DNA of 64,000 nt from Gracilinanus agilis (Eukaryota), in assembly GCF_016433145.1 (NCBI RefSeq), contig NC_058133.1, positions 256,020,801 to 256,084,800 on the forward strand, given 5' to 3'. A program made the position numbers and the translations under genes. Position 1 is the stretch's first letter; each line of letters begins with the position of its first letter. Under the pieces are notes generated by a model, which saw only the letters and a list, made by a program, of their open reading frames with translations, was not told the DNA's origin and searched no databases. Below, piece after piece: positions 1 through 11,534 of this stretch.

Positions 1-1163
1 GAGTCCAACCTATGCAGGTAGTCAAGTAGGCACAATGGGGCAAATGGGGAGGGTAAGGTGGGAAAGGCTGAATAATAGTGGATGGATCCGGGTGAGGATA
101 AAATATGTGGGCAGAGGGGGGGAAAAGTTTTTGGTTTGGTATAGAGAACTCCATCTATATACCCAAAAGTTGTGGTCCCCCCCCTTTTTTTTTTAAAGCA
201 TACCACTTCCTTTAATAACCTTAAATAATCCTTCAATATTTTCTAATGAATTTAGGAACTTTTGCAGGAGAGATCGAAAGGTAGGAGGAATAAGAGAAAA
301 GCACATCAGAAAACTGATGAAAAAACCCAACTCTTTAAAAGTATAATATTCTCATCTATGAAAGGAAAAAAGGATTTATCCGTAGATATGAAAAAAGACT
401 TTTGTGGTGGCACCAGGAAACTAAAGGGATGCCCATTTAGCAGGGGAACGATTGAACAAATTATACTATATTGTGCTTTAAGAAATGACTAAAAAGATGG
501 TTTTAGAGAAACCTGGAAAGATCTGTGTAATCTGAGCAGGAGAGCAGATCCAAAATAATCAACATAATAGCATAAAAAGGAACTGGGACAGTGTGAAGAA
601 CTCAGATTAATGCAGTGACCAACAACCAGGATCCCAGAAGATGACCAAGAACGCCAACTCCCTTCAGGAGCCTGAAATCTTGGATTCAACCTACAGAATG
701 AAGATCATGGCTAATTATACTGCTGCATGAACAGAAAAAATTGGCTGGGGGAGGGGGGGGCTTGTTTTCATGGCTCTAATTCCCCTTCTCTCTACAGTTT
801 CCTGCATAAACACTTTCCCCAATTCAAAAGTTCCATTGGCCTGATGCGCTGGGAAAAGGGGCCCTTCAGAACACATTGGGAAGAGCCAAGATGCTCTTTT
901 CCAGATGCACTCACTCTTATTAGGGTCCCAGCTGTACATACTCATTTTTTTCCTTTACTACTTCAGTTATTCAAAGCAAGCAATTATATACATGCTTCAG
1001 CTGTTCCTCACACTAGTTTGTCAAGTTTGGCATTTTTCCAGAATGAGAAGACATTGAAATCCAGGACTGAGGAAAAAAAGGTGTCATTTCCTAACCTGTC
1101 ACCTATACCATGCAAAGTAATCAAGGCACACAAAGGGTTTTAAATAAGCTTCTCTTTCCACTG

Positions 1164-1169
1164 TTTATT
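1164..1169 (-). terminator. PPP1R10 poly(A) signal AATAAA
   Basis: TTTATT on + strand, about 1.2 kb past the stop; on the transcript it is preceded by UGUA motifs (TTGTATATTTTGTACATTAATAATAAA). Confidence 0.8.
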
Positions 1170-2375
1170 ATTAATGTACAAAATATACAAAACAAAAAGA
1201 AAATAATCATCCTCAATCCATTGTGGCTCTAAACCTGGGGCCCTGCACAAAACCCGATCCATCCACTGCCGTTTTCACAGAAAACAACTGACGCTGGGAT
1301 GGGGCAAAGGAGAAAATTGGGAAAGGGCAGCAATACTGTCCAGGATCCACCTTGGAAAGGGCCAGGTGGGGATTTACAGAAGTGACTGATGGGGTTGGGC
1401 CTAGAGAGGCCTCACACTGATATGGTTTGGGGTAAGAGGGACTGGAGCTGAAAAACTCTCAAAAGGCAGTGCATGTAGTGTGACTATGTCAGACTTGGGA
1501 TCACTGACATATTGACAGAGTGGTCTTAAGAGTGTTTTACAGAACTCCCAGTTAGTAAAAGGGAAGGGAGGACTGACACCAGGGATCTCACCTATACCAG
1601 CTGAAAAAATATCGGGTTTAAAGAATACGGATGACTTTTGTCAAAAGGTATGAAGGACTGATAAAGCTGGTCTGGGTGCTCATACAAGGCTGCAGTGTCA
1701 TACTGTTAAAAAGGATTCAGAGTGCAAAGTACAGGTCCTGATGTGTATATTATATAGGAAGAGAAAGGAGGAAGGCAAAGCATAGTGTGTTGGATAATTC
1801 ACACCTAGCTCGGAGGGAACCTTCTTAGTGCAGTGAAATAAGAAGGCACCCCTTATTCACATCCCCACCCCCATAAGGAATGAATGAACCTGCTTGGTTA
1901 TAGGATGATTTCACAATAAGTGCAAAAGACACCATGTCAGGGGATTGTTCACATGGGTGACCAAAGATAGAAAGGGTCCATATCTTGCCTATCTTGGTTG
2001 TAGAGGGGTCTCTTCCCTGTCCTTCAGGATAACCAGTCATAGTTATATGCAGGGTCCAGGATAATACTGGAAGGAGGTTAGGGCTGGGTTAACAGCCCCT
2101 CACAGGGCAAAGCCCAGTAGGTCTTCTCTTTAGCAGTCCAGGGGTACAGGATGTATCAGTCTTTCTCCTCCCCTGACTGGAGGAAATATGTACAACAATG
2201 CGCACCAGTGATTAGAAAATCCCCAAAACCCCAAACAGGGGGTGAGGAAGGGGGTCCAGCTCCTCATCAGCTGGGGAAAGGGGGAGGTGGGCCTCACAGA
2301 AGCCATAACAGGGCAAAAGGGCCAAGGAGGGAGGGAGGCTGCAGTCATAAACAGGGTACCACTGATTGGTAGCCC

Positions 2376-5300
2376 CTAGGGCAAGGGTGGCCCATTGACA
2401 CCCGGGTGGTAGAAGGCACAGTTGTTCTCGTAGCGGCAGCTGCCCTTCATCATGAAGTGTCGGCATACAGGGCGGCTTGACATATCTGTGGAAGTAGTAG
2501 TATGGTAGTTAGATGGACATTAGAGGCCTCAGAGAGAAGGAATGACCCTTGTCCCTTTCCCCTCCATCACTATCGCTACCACTAGACTTGGGGAAACAAT
2601 TCGGGGTAGAATATGGGAAATTCTAGGACTTCTAAAGGATATAAAAGGAGTTTTAACTATTATGTAGCTATTTCATAGGGTACACTCACCTCCTCCATGG
2701 CCATGGGGGTCATGTCCTCTGTGGCCTCCATGACCAGGCCCATCATGGCCACGATGCTCATGGGGGGGTGGGCCTCGGTGGTCATGGCCTCGATGGCCAG
2801 GGCCATCATGAGGACGATGACCATGGGGTCCACCATGACCAGGGCCATCATGAGGACGGTGGCCACCACCTCCACCCATTCCTCCACCAGGGCCACCTCG
2901 TCCATTGGGAGGTCCTCCCCCAGAGCGGCCTCCCCGGCCTCCTCGAAATGGAGGAGGTTCATTTCCGCCTCGACCCCCTCGGCCTCTATGGTATGGCCCA
3001 GGACCAGGTCCTGGCCCTCCTCGCATTGGACCACCTCGCATGGGATCTCCTGGACCATCCCAGAAGGGGTCACCCCCACGAGGAGGAGGGGGTGGGCCCA
3101 AAAGTCGTGGACCCACTGGACCACCAGGCCCACCAGGACCTCCATGGGGACCTACAAAGAAAGAGACATTTGCATGTTGGTCAGGCTCATGACTATGTTT
3201 CTGTTCACACTTCTTCCTGTATTTAGGTTAATCTCATACTCCCTTTTCAGGATCCTAGAGAAATATCCATCCCACTCACCTGGCATAGGGCCTCCAGGGC
3301 CAGGGGGAAAATGTTGCATGCCTTTGGGGCCACTGGGGCCTCCTGGACCTCCAGGTGGAAAACCATTAGCCATTGGGGCAGGTCCCAAAATCCCATGGGG
3401 CACTAAATTAAGAGAAAGAAAAAAAATTTAAGACAGATTCTAGGATTAATATCACCACCCTGAGGATCTACCTCCCAATAAATACATAGGCCCCAGTTTA
3501 AAAAGTGAGAACTAGTCTAACTCAATCTGATCAAATTAAAATAAAGCCTTAACTTATTTTAGGAACTATTCCATTCTCTCTTTACTCCCTTCCTACTGGC
3601 ATTTTTCTTGTCTCTTTATAAGTTCCTTTTCTAAGACCATTCCCTTACCTCACACCTCCAATTTTTAATTGGGTCATATCTGGCTGTGCTTCACCTCTAA
3701 ACCTAAAGTGGGCTTCCTCCCCTCCTCCCCCAGGTCCCTGGGGCTGGCCCTGCAGGTTACCCAGCAACTGCTTGATCTTATCCGAGTAGTCTGGTTGTTT
3801 CAGCAGCTCCTCTGAAGGGTGACTATTGGGGCTTCCCTGTGAAAAGGGGTAGAGTAGTTAGAAAAGAGGTCAGTCAGGAGATATGGGGATAGCAGAAATC
3901 AAAAGCATAACTGGAGAGGGAAGAATGGCTGAAGGAGAAGGCAATACCAAGTAGGAGGGATAATCAGGGAGATAAAGTTACAGAAGAAGGCAAAAAAGGA
4001 GAACTTTGTGAAATGGTTAATGTCTCACCATTATGGAAGTAAGGATCTCCTGGACATTGATGCCACCACCTCCTGGACCCTGGGGACTCTTTCCAGCACC
4101 CATACTTCCCATAAGGTTGGCCAGGACTGGAGGCAGCTTGGAGCTACCTGACCCATCAGGGGAACCACCTGGTCCACCAGTCTCTAATGCCTCAGAATAT
4201 GGGGTCTCATCCAGGGAACATTCCTAAAGTTATAAAAAATCAGAATAATGATAAATCAAACATGTCAACATGAAACACAGACAACTCCACCCCAACAGCC
4301 ACTTAGACAAATATTGAAAAGACAGAAATACTCCAAATACCCTACCTCATCCAAAGGAATGAGTTTTGGAGGAACAGGTTCATATGACTCGGGGTCAGGC
4401 TCATGAGGACTGTCAGGGACACTGTGCAGGGAAAAAAATGATATTAAGATTACTTTTTCAGTAAGTCCAGATTCCCAGTAATTTCTCACCTTATCCCTTT
4501 CTTAACCAACTGTGCCTCACTGAGTTTTATCCCCTGCTCACCTCTCCTTGGATAAGAAGAGTTCCTGTAGGATTCCTTTCACACGTTCAGCCTGGACATA
4601 GCGCTCTTGGCTATTGCCACCCGGGGAAACAAGGGGCGAAGGTAAGGCCAAGGGCCGGGGGCATACCCATGCCACCTTCTCTTCCATATTGTCATTGCTT
4701 AGACGCCGAGCTGTCTCAAAAGCATGACGGTCCGACAATATCTCTCTCTTGGCTGCTTCACCAAAGTCCTTGATCTTGTTCACATTAACTATTTTTATTT
4801 ATTTTGTTGGGAGGTGTGGGATAGAGGGAAGGAAAAGAAGGAGAAAAGAACACAGAGGAGTTAGGCCATATGGACCTTTCCAAGATCCCATTACCCTCCA
4901 TCTTTTACAGCTCCAAGGTGCCCCTGTGTATCAATCTACCCTCTTACCTCGCTCAGTCTCATCCAGTTCAAAGTAAAAGTATTCTCTCAGTTTACCTTCT
5001 TCAGGCCATGTCACAGTCTTTCTCTTCCGGCCCTTCCTTGTCAACTGGCTTGGATCCCCAGGGCTCTCCACTGGTTTTGCATCCAGCACTCCTGTGTCCA
5101 AGGAGGCTACAAAAGAAAAAAGTATTAAAGGACTATAAGAAGGGGCAGCTGGGTAGCTCAGTGGAGTGAGAGTCAGGCCTAGAGACAGGAGGTCCTAGGT
5201 TCAAATCTGGCCTCAGCCACTTCCCAGCTGTGTGACCCTGGGCAAGTCACTTGACCCTCATTGCCCACCCTTACCAATCTCCCACCTATGAGACAATACA

Positions 5301-8300
5301 CCAAAGTACAAGGGTTTTAAAAAAAAAAGGACTATAAGATTTAAAGCAAGAAGTCAAGAGAGGTTATTATCTCGCCCAATTCCTAATTTTAGGGGTCCCT
5401 AAAAGGTTAAGTGACTTGCTTAAGACCACATGAATGTAAAAGTGCAGAACCATGAGTTAAACTGAGTAAGAGTTCTTGACCCTAAATGAAAGTTTTTCCA
5501 TATCCAATTTTCTAATCCTAGTTCACTTTTCTCAGGACCCAGACATTCTAGAATCCTAGACATTAAGTCTCTACTCTTACCTGTGTCCATAAGCTCTGGA
5601 ATTTCAACGGGAGGGACAGGGGTTCCAGGCCGCTCTATGTCCATGGCCTCAGCAGGGGCCGCTGGCTCTGGTGAAGAAGGTTTGGCTGTGTTCGGCTCTG
5701 TGCTTTGTTTCCCCTCAAAGGGACTTGGCTATGGGAGAAAAAGGGCTCATTAGGATAGGGAAGCCACAGAAAGCATAATGGGGCTTCAAGAGAAACTATA
5801 AAGGAACCCAATCTCTCACAATGGCTCCTAAAGAGACCTACAAACACTTCCCAATCCCTACCCAAGGATTTTCTCCTCCACATTCCACCTCACCATAGCC
5901 CAGGGTTCATACCTTAGTAGCTGTGGGTGACAAAACCTTTTTCTTTTTCTTGATTTTGATGCCTGGAACAGGTGCCGAGTTGAGGGCATCTAGGAAACCC
6001 AGGCCCTCCATAGCTAAAGTGAAGAAAGAAAAGAGTGTTAGTACAACTGATGGAGAGATTGACAGATGGCATATTTCCCTATATAACAACTAGTGACAAA
6101 AGTCTTGCCAAATAGTAGGACAGTGAGATCTCCATCTATCCAAAATAAGATGATAACAATGTCAGAAAGCACAGATGGCATAGAAATAGTTTTGGATACT
6201 AAATGTAGATGAGGGTTGTTAGCTGACAGTAGAAGAGGGGAAGTGTATAACAATGACTGAACAATAAGGGACTGGAAGACTGAAAAATCAGAAATAGAAA
6301 GGGACAAAGAGGGAAAGAAAGATCAGAAATCTGGTAGATTTTTTACAAAATGAGACATGAAAAATAGAGACTTTTTTTAAAAGACTTAGAAAAATGGGAT
6401 AGACTAAATGGAAAGATTAGGGAAAAAAATCAATCTCCATTTCCCTAGCTATAGAATCTACTGCTTTCCCTTGCCCCTGGCCCTACTCACGCTGTGGGGG
6501 TATAATCTTCACTTTAATCTCTTTGGTGGTGTTGGGTGTTGTATTAAGTGGTTTGTATTTCTTTTCAGCTGGAGGAGCCACATCACCAGGTGCAGCTGAA
6601 GAGCTGTAAAAGAAAGGAATAGTTAAAAATCTGCTGCTGTTGGGGCAGCTGGGTAGCTCAGTGGAGTGAGAGTCAGGCCTAGAGACGGGAAGTCCTAGGT
6701 TCAAACCCGGCCTCAGCCACTTCCCAGCTGTGTGACCCTGGGCAAGTCACTTGACCCCCATTGCCCACCCTTACCAATCTTCCACCTATGAGACAATACA
6801 CCGAAGTACAAGGGTTTAAAAAAAAAAAAAATCTGCTGCTGTCAAGTCTCCTCCCTACCAATCCTTTTACAACCTCAGGTTAATACCTGCCACTAGTTCT
6901 AATACATACATACCTCTGCCGCTTGAGGGGGATGGGCTTAAGGTTGTATTTGTCAGAAACAACTACAGTACTGGCATTCTTCTTCACAGGCACCAGGGAT
7001 GGTGTCTCCAGCTCCAAGCCTGAAAAAAGGTATACATGGTGTCAGGTTCTTGATATTGTGTTCTTTTTGGCTTTCCTTTATCTTCCTGCTAAACCAATGT
7101 GTACCACTATTTCTAAAATGCCTGCCCTTACCCTTTTAAGTAGGTCACAAATCAATAACTTCTATCCCCCAAGGCAAGTGTATGTTCAAATCTCAGTGCA
7201 TATGCATGCATATATCACTTGGTGCTCCCTTCCAAGACCAGGACTCGGCCTTACCAGTAGAACGGAACTTGGCATGGCTAGGAGCTGTGGTTCGCAAAGA
7301 TTTAGGCTTCTCCTTCTTCTTCTCTGGTGCCTCTTCGGTTCTTGTTTCTGCCTTCACTTCAGGCAAGGGTCTTTCAAGAGGAGTAGTGCGTCCTTTCCCC
7401 TCTTCCTTCCTTTTCTTCTTGTCTTTTTCTATGGAGGAATAGCCAAAAGAGAAAAGATTTTAAATGGGGAAGCATGGTGTAGTAGACAATGCTGGACTTA
7501 GAGACTAGACTAAGACTTGGGTTCAAAACTTGTCTCTAACACTAGCTGTATGACTATGAGAAAGTTACTTATCCTGTTTGCCTTGGTTTCCTCATCTGCA
7601 AAATGGATATGACGATACACGTAGTAACTAACACATAGGATTGTTGTGAGGATAAATGAAACCATGTGTATAAATTGTTTTGCAACCTTTAATCACCACA
7701 TAATTGTGAGCTATTGTTGTATGGTAAGAAGGCTCCTCTCCAGGACAAAAGAGTAAGATGAACTCCTCCCTAGTACCCTTAGAAGTTAATTATGCCAGGA
7801 ATAAGAACAAAGTAACTCACCAGTAGGCTGGGTGCTACTCTGAGAGCGGATGACAGCCATCCAGTCACTGACAAGAACTGAAGCTAATTTCCGGAGTTCT
7901 TCAAAGAAGACAGAAATATAAAGAGGGAAGACAAATTAGACGGACACTGCCAAACCATGAGACCCCTTCCCATTCCCCCACCTCTGCCTGTTTCTTAGTT
8001 CTATTCTCTTGTCTTTAAGAATGCCTTTGGAATAATCTCAATAAGCCACCAAATCAAACACTCCATAAAAGATTCCTTGAGGAGAGTAGAAAACGGGAAT
8101 TGGCTCTGTATCTTTATAAAAGGCCATGACCACTGTGGAAGGTTGAGCTACTCTAACCTGCAATTCAATAAATCCCTTCAAACTGAAGGGTAGCCTCTGT
8201 GGATCACGAACTTGAAGTCAATCATACTTAAGTTGACTAAATGAATCATTTGCTCTGGTCCTTTCCCTTTTCTTTTGTCTCTTCCCCTCCTTTCCCCTCC

Positions 8301-11300
8301 CCAAATGTTTCTCTAGATACTCTACTTCACTATAATGTAGTGAGATGCAGCATAATAATAATAGTAATAATCCATTATTGGTTTTTCTCCTTTCTGAAAA
8401 CAGTTCTTAAGGAAAATTCTTAAGGAAATTGGTACAATGGAGTAGACAGGAAAAGGAAGAAGATGAGAAGTGAGACTATAAACTCTGGCTGGGATTTAAG
8501 GAAAATCTGTTGCATAAATAGAACAGGAGAGAGACATGGCAAAGATCAAGTGGCTTTAGTGAACTCAGTCCAGCAGCATGATGGGGTAATTATTATATTA
8601 ACAGAAGTCTCTAGAATGAAGGAAAGAATGATCCCTGTGCACTTATTCCATACATCTGTATAAAATTTTGAATGTTGCATTTTAGAAGCATGGAGTCAGA
8701 AGAAGGTGATCAGGATAATGACAAGACTTGAATTCATGTTATAAGAAGAGTCAAAAAAAAACACATAACTAGAAGAGATGTCCTAGTAGTTATAAGGAAG
8801 TTTTCAAAATATTTAAAGATGCAATGTGAAGTGAGCAGAACCAAGAGAACAATCATTATATAGTTATAACAATACTATAAAGACAAACAACTGAAAGACT
8901 TGAGAATTCTGATCAACTCAATGATCAACTACAATTCCAGAGGACTCGTAATAAAACATTTTAACCCCACTTCTGATACAGAGGGGATATGGACTCAAGA
9001 GTACAGATTTAGACTTAAAAAAAAAAAATTTGTTGTTGGGCATGGCTAATGAGGAAATTTGTTGTGCTTGACTGTAATGTCTATAAGAAATTTTATCTTT
9101 CTTGCTTGATGGAGAAAAAAGGGATGTTGGAGGGAAAGAATTAGAAGCTAAATAATAATAAACAATAGAGGGAACAGCTAGAAGGCTCAGTAGTTTCAGA
9201 GCCAGGACCAGAGATGAGAGGTCCTCAGTTCAAATCTGCTGTGTGAGCTTGGGCAAGTCACTGAATTCCCATTGCTTAGCCCTTACTGATCTTTTGCTTT
9301 GGCACAAATATACAGTATTGATTCTAATATAGGAAGTAAAGGTTTAAAAAAGTAATAATAATAGACTGAGCACCACGCCTGGAGTCTGAGGATCTGGATT
9401 GAAATATGGCCTCGGAATACTTTTCAGTGGTGTAACCCTGGACAAGCCACTTAATCCTGATTACCAGTCCTTGCCACTCTCTCTGGTCTTACAACTGATA
9501 CTAAGACAGAAGGAAAGATTTTTTAAAAAGCTAAAAATAAATAAAATTGAAGATCAAAACAAAACCAAAAAAAGCTTGGCTTTGATAATACTATTGCTAT
9601 GGGAATTACTACCCCCCAAAAATGCTATTTAAGAGTCCATGCCATCAACAATGAATCTCAAGGACTAGACTCCAGAGACTATATAAATAGAAAGTTAGGT
9701 ATGAGACAGGGTAAAGACCAAAAAGAGATAAGTAGAAAGGAAAGGGGATAGAAAAAGGAGGATCAGCTGGGTGAGAGGATAAAATGGAACCAAAAGGAAA
9801 AGTAGACAAGAAGAGAACAAAGAAGAATGAACTTACCTTCATCCTCACTTGACTTGCTCAGCTGCTTTACAAGTTTGGCTGTGTTGTTCTAAGAGATGGG
9901 AAACAGAAGAGAAGAAAACATAAGGAGATGGAAGATTCTATCTAGACCCTCCTCCACAACTTATAGTTCCATAAGCCCCAGAAACATGGTCAGTTTATTA
10001 ACATACAATTTTCTTATCAGTTATGCAAGATACTCAGTTGAGAAAGGATAAAAGCCAAATCACCTGCTTGAGATGGTCCACAGTAAGGGGTAGGTGCTGA
10101 AGGGTGAGTAGAATTTGCTGCAAGAGAGGTATGTTGTTGGTTGTCTTTGAGTAAGTCAGCCAATTATTAAGGAGCTTGTAGCCACCAACTCGGATAAACC
10201 TGCAGATAGACAGGAAGGTGTATTAGAATTCAGGAGTTCTATGCTCCCATTTCCTTTGATGCCCTAATCCCCTATTTAAATTCCATCTCTACTTCCTAGG
10301 TATCTAGCACCCTACTTACTTGGCCAGTACATCTGGTGAACGGGTCTGCAAGAGAATGTTTAGGTAGGTACAACGGCTCACCATCTTTCGAGCTTCCTTC
10401 ATCAAGCTATAAGGGAAATTAAATTTAGGTAAGAGCTGGGACAGAGAAACACATCTTCCATTCACAGAGGAATCTGAATCTCTGTGTTCCACTATGGAAG
10501 GATGATCATGAAGAACTTGGGATCTCAATCTAAGAAACAAGAGAGGAACAGAGCTCTCTAGGAGAAAGGAATATACAAGACAATATGTGGAACTCTAATA
10601 GAGAGAAATACATAAAATTAAATCTTGGGAGTATTTTGCATTTTTTCCCTTGCCACTCCCCATAACCTTCCAAATAATCAGCCACATACTAACATGTCAT
10701 CACTGGTTACTATATTTGTTACCGATTTTAGCTAGCCAATTTCTTTTTAGCAAGGGCTATGAGTGCTTTTAATTCTCTTCCTTTTTTTAAACTAAGGGCA
10801 ACTATATTGGCAAAACTGAGGCTACAAACAAGAATGCCATTCATGTAATTAATACAATAACAAAAAATAGCATCAGATGTCCTTTCAGTTTACTGGATTT
10901 TAGGATTTGGTTTGCCAGCTATAAAATATAAAGTCTGTATATAGATTTAATATACAGGCCTTGCTAGGAAATCAAGGGAAGGTGAGGGGAGTTATTTATT
11001 CAGATTACTACCACTGCTACTGAAATTTCATGTTGATGGGGCAGCTGGGTAGCTCAGTGGATTGAGTCAGGCCTAGAGACAGGAGGTCCTAGGTTCAAAT
11101 CCGGCCTCAGACACTTCCCAGCTGTGTGATCCTGGGCAAGTCACTTGACCCCCATTGCCTAGTCCTTACCACTCTTCTACCAATAAGCCAATACACAGAA
11201 GTTAAGGGTTTAAAAAAAAAATTCCATGTTGATTAGAAATATTTAATAAAAAAAAATAAAATTTTACTAATTGTGTTATATGTAATGACAATGAATATAG

Positions 11301-11534
11301 CCCCCCTTTTCCCTAATGTTACTGTTCTCAAGACTTCCTACGACAATCATAATCATGTACTATAGATCCACTTCTTTTTTTGGTCATCTAATCTTAGAAA
11401 TCCATTTTAATGGCAATTTATACATACCTAAAGATCTTGGCTATTCCTTCTGCACTTTTGACTTCTCCATCTCGACCAAGGAAGCTGTCTAGGCCTTTAA
11501 GGAGTTCTTTAGGGTCAATGGGGCCCGAGCCCAT
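2376..11534 (-). CDS. PPP1R10: PP1 regulatory subunit 10 (PNUTS), 18 coding exons, 845 aa
   Basis: Coding exons in transcript order: 11534-11428, 10406-10320, 10199-10064, 9888-9837, 7898-7821, 7428-7255, 7019-6914, 6603-6491, 6013-5913, 5728-5581, 5106-4948, 4788-4542, 4409-4346, 4223-4029, 3836-3761, 3402-3280, 3151-2690, 2485-2376; all GT-AG, sum 2538 nt, open. Starts [16 protein letters not shown]; TFIIS-N-like region; RVxF-type PP1 motif RKRKTVTW; RGG and His/Gly region; C-terminal CCCH finger [20 protein letters not shown]. Confidence 0.97.
5142..5328 (+). mobile_element. tRNA-derived SINE (SINE1_Mdo type), young copy
   Basis: GGGGCAGCTGGGTAGCTCAGTGG head, GGTTCAAAT B-box, A tail, TSD AAAGGACTATAAGA. 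Confidence 0.9.
6642..6830 (+). mobile_element. tRNA-derived SINE (SINE1_Mdo type), young copy
   Basis: Near-identical to the 5142 copy; TSD AAAAATCTGCTGCTGT. Confidence 0.9.
7465..7720 (+). mobile_element. MIR/CORE SINE
   Basis: CORE motif TTGGTTTCCTCATCTGCAAAATGG ... GGATTGTTGTGAGGATAAATGA. Similar copies at about 33600-33830, 44090-44200 (-) and 62860-63080. Confidence 0.75.
8810..9130 (+). mobile_element. Old marsupial L1-like 3' fragment
   Basis: GATGCAATGTGAAGTGAGCAGAACCAAGAGAACAAT..GAATTCTGATCAA pattern; a related copy lies at about 60900-61340. Confidence 0.55.
9175..9357 (+). mobile_element. tRNA-derived SINE, older diverged copy
   Basis: Degenerate head, GGGCAAGTCAC core and A-rich tail. 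Confidence 0.7.
11039..11220 (+). mobile_element. tRNA-derived SINE (SINE1_Mdo type)
   Basis: Full head, core and A tail; TSD ATT(T/C)CATGTTGAT. Confidence 0.9.

Noticed and set aside
262-1143. Short ORFs and L1-like remnant beyond the PPP1R10 3' end; searched for ABCF1 exons expected from synteny
   Set aside because: No ABC-transporter sequence recognised; the neighbour must lie outside the window.
2660-3431. Long ORFs of 244, 152 and 95 aa (+) and 161 aa (-) over the Gly/His-rich PPP1R10 exon
   Set aside because: Antisense or alternate-frame shadows of a GC-rich repetitive coding exon; no independent promoter or splice support.
5142-5215. tRNA-like heads with A and B boxes (also at 6642, 11039, 29089, 42679)
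   Set aside because: They continue into SINE core, A tail and TSD, so they are SINEs rather than tRNA genes.
6923-7501. 192-aa + strand ORF
   Set aside because: Antisense to two PPP1R10 exons and their intron; no recognisable protein features.
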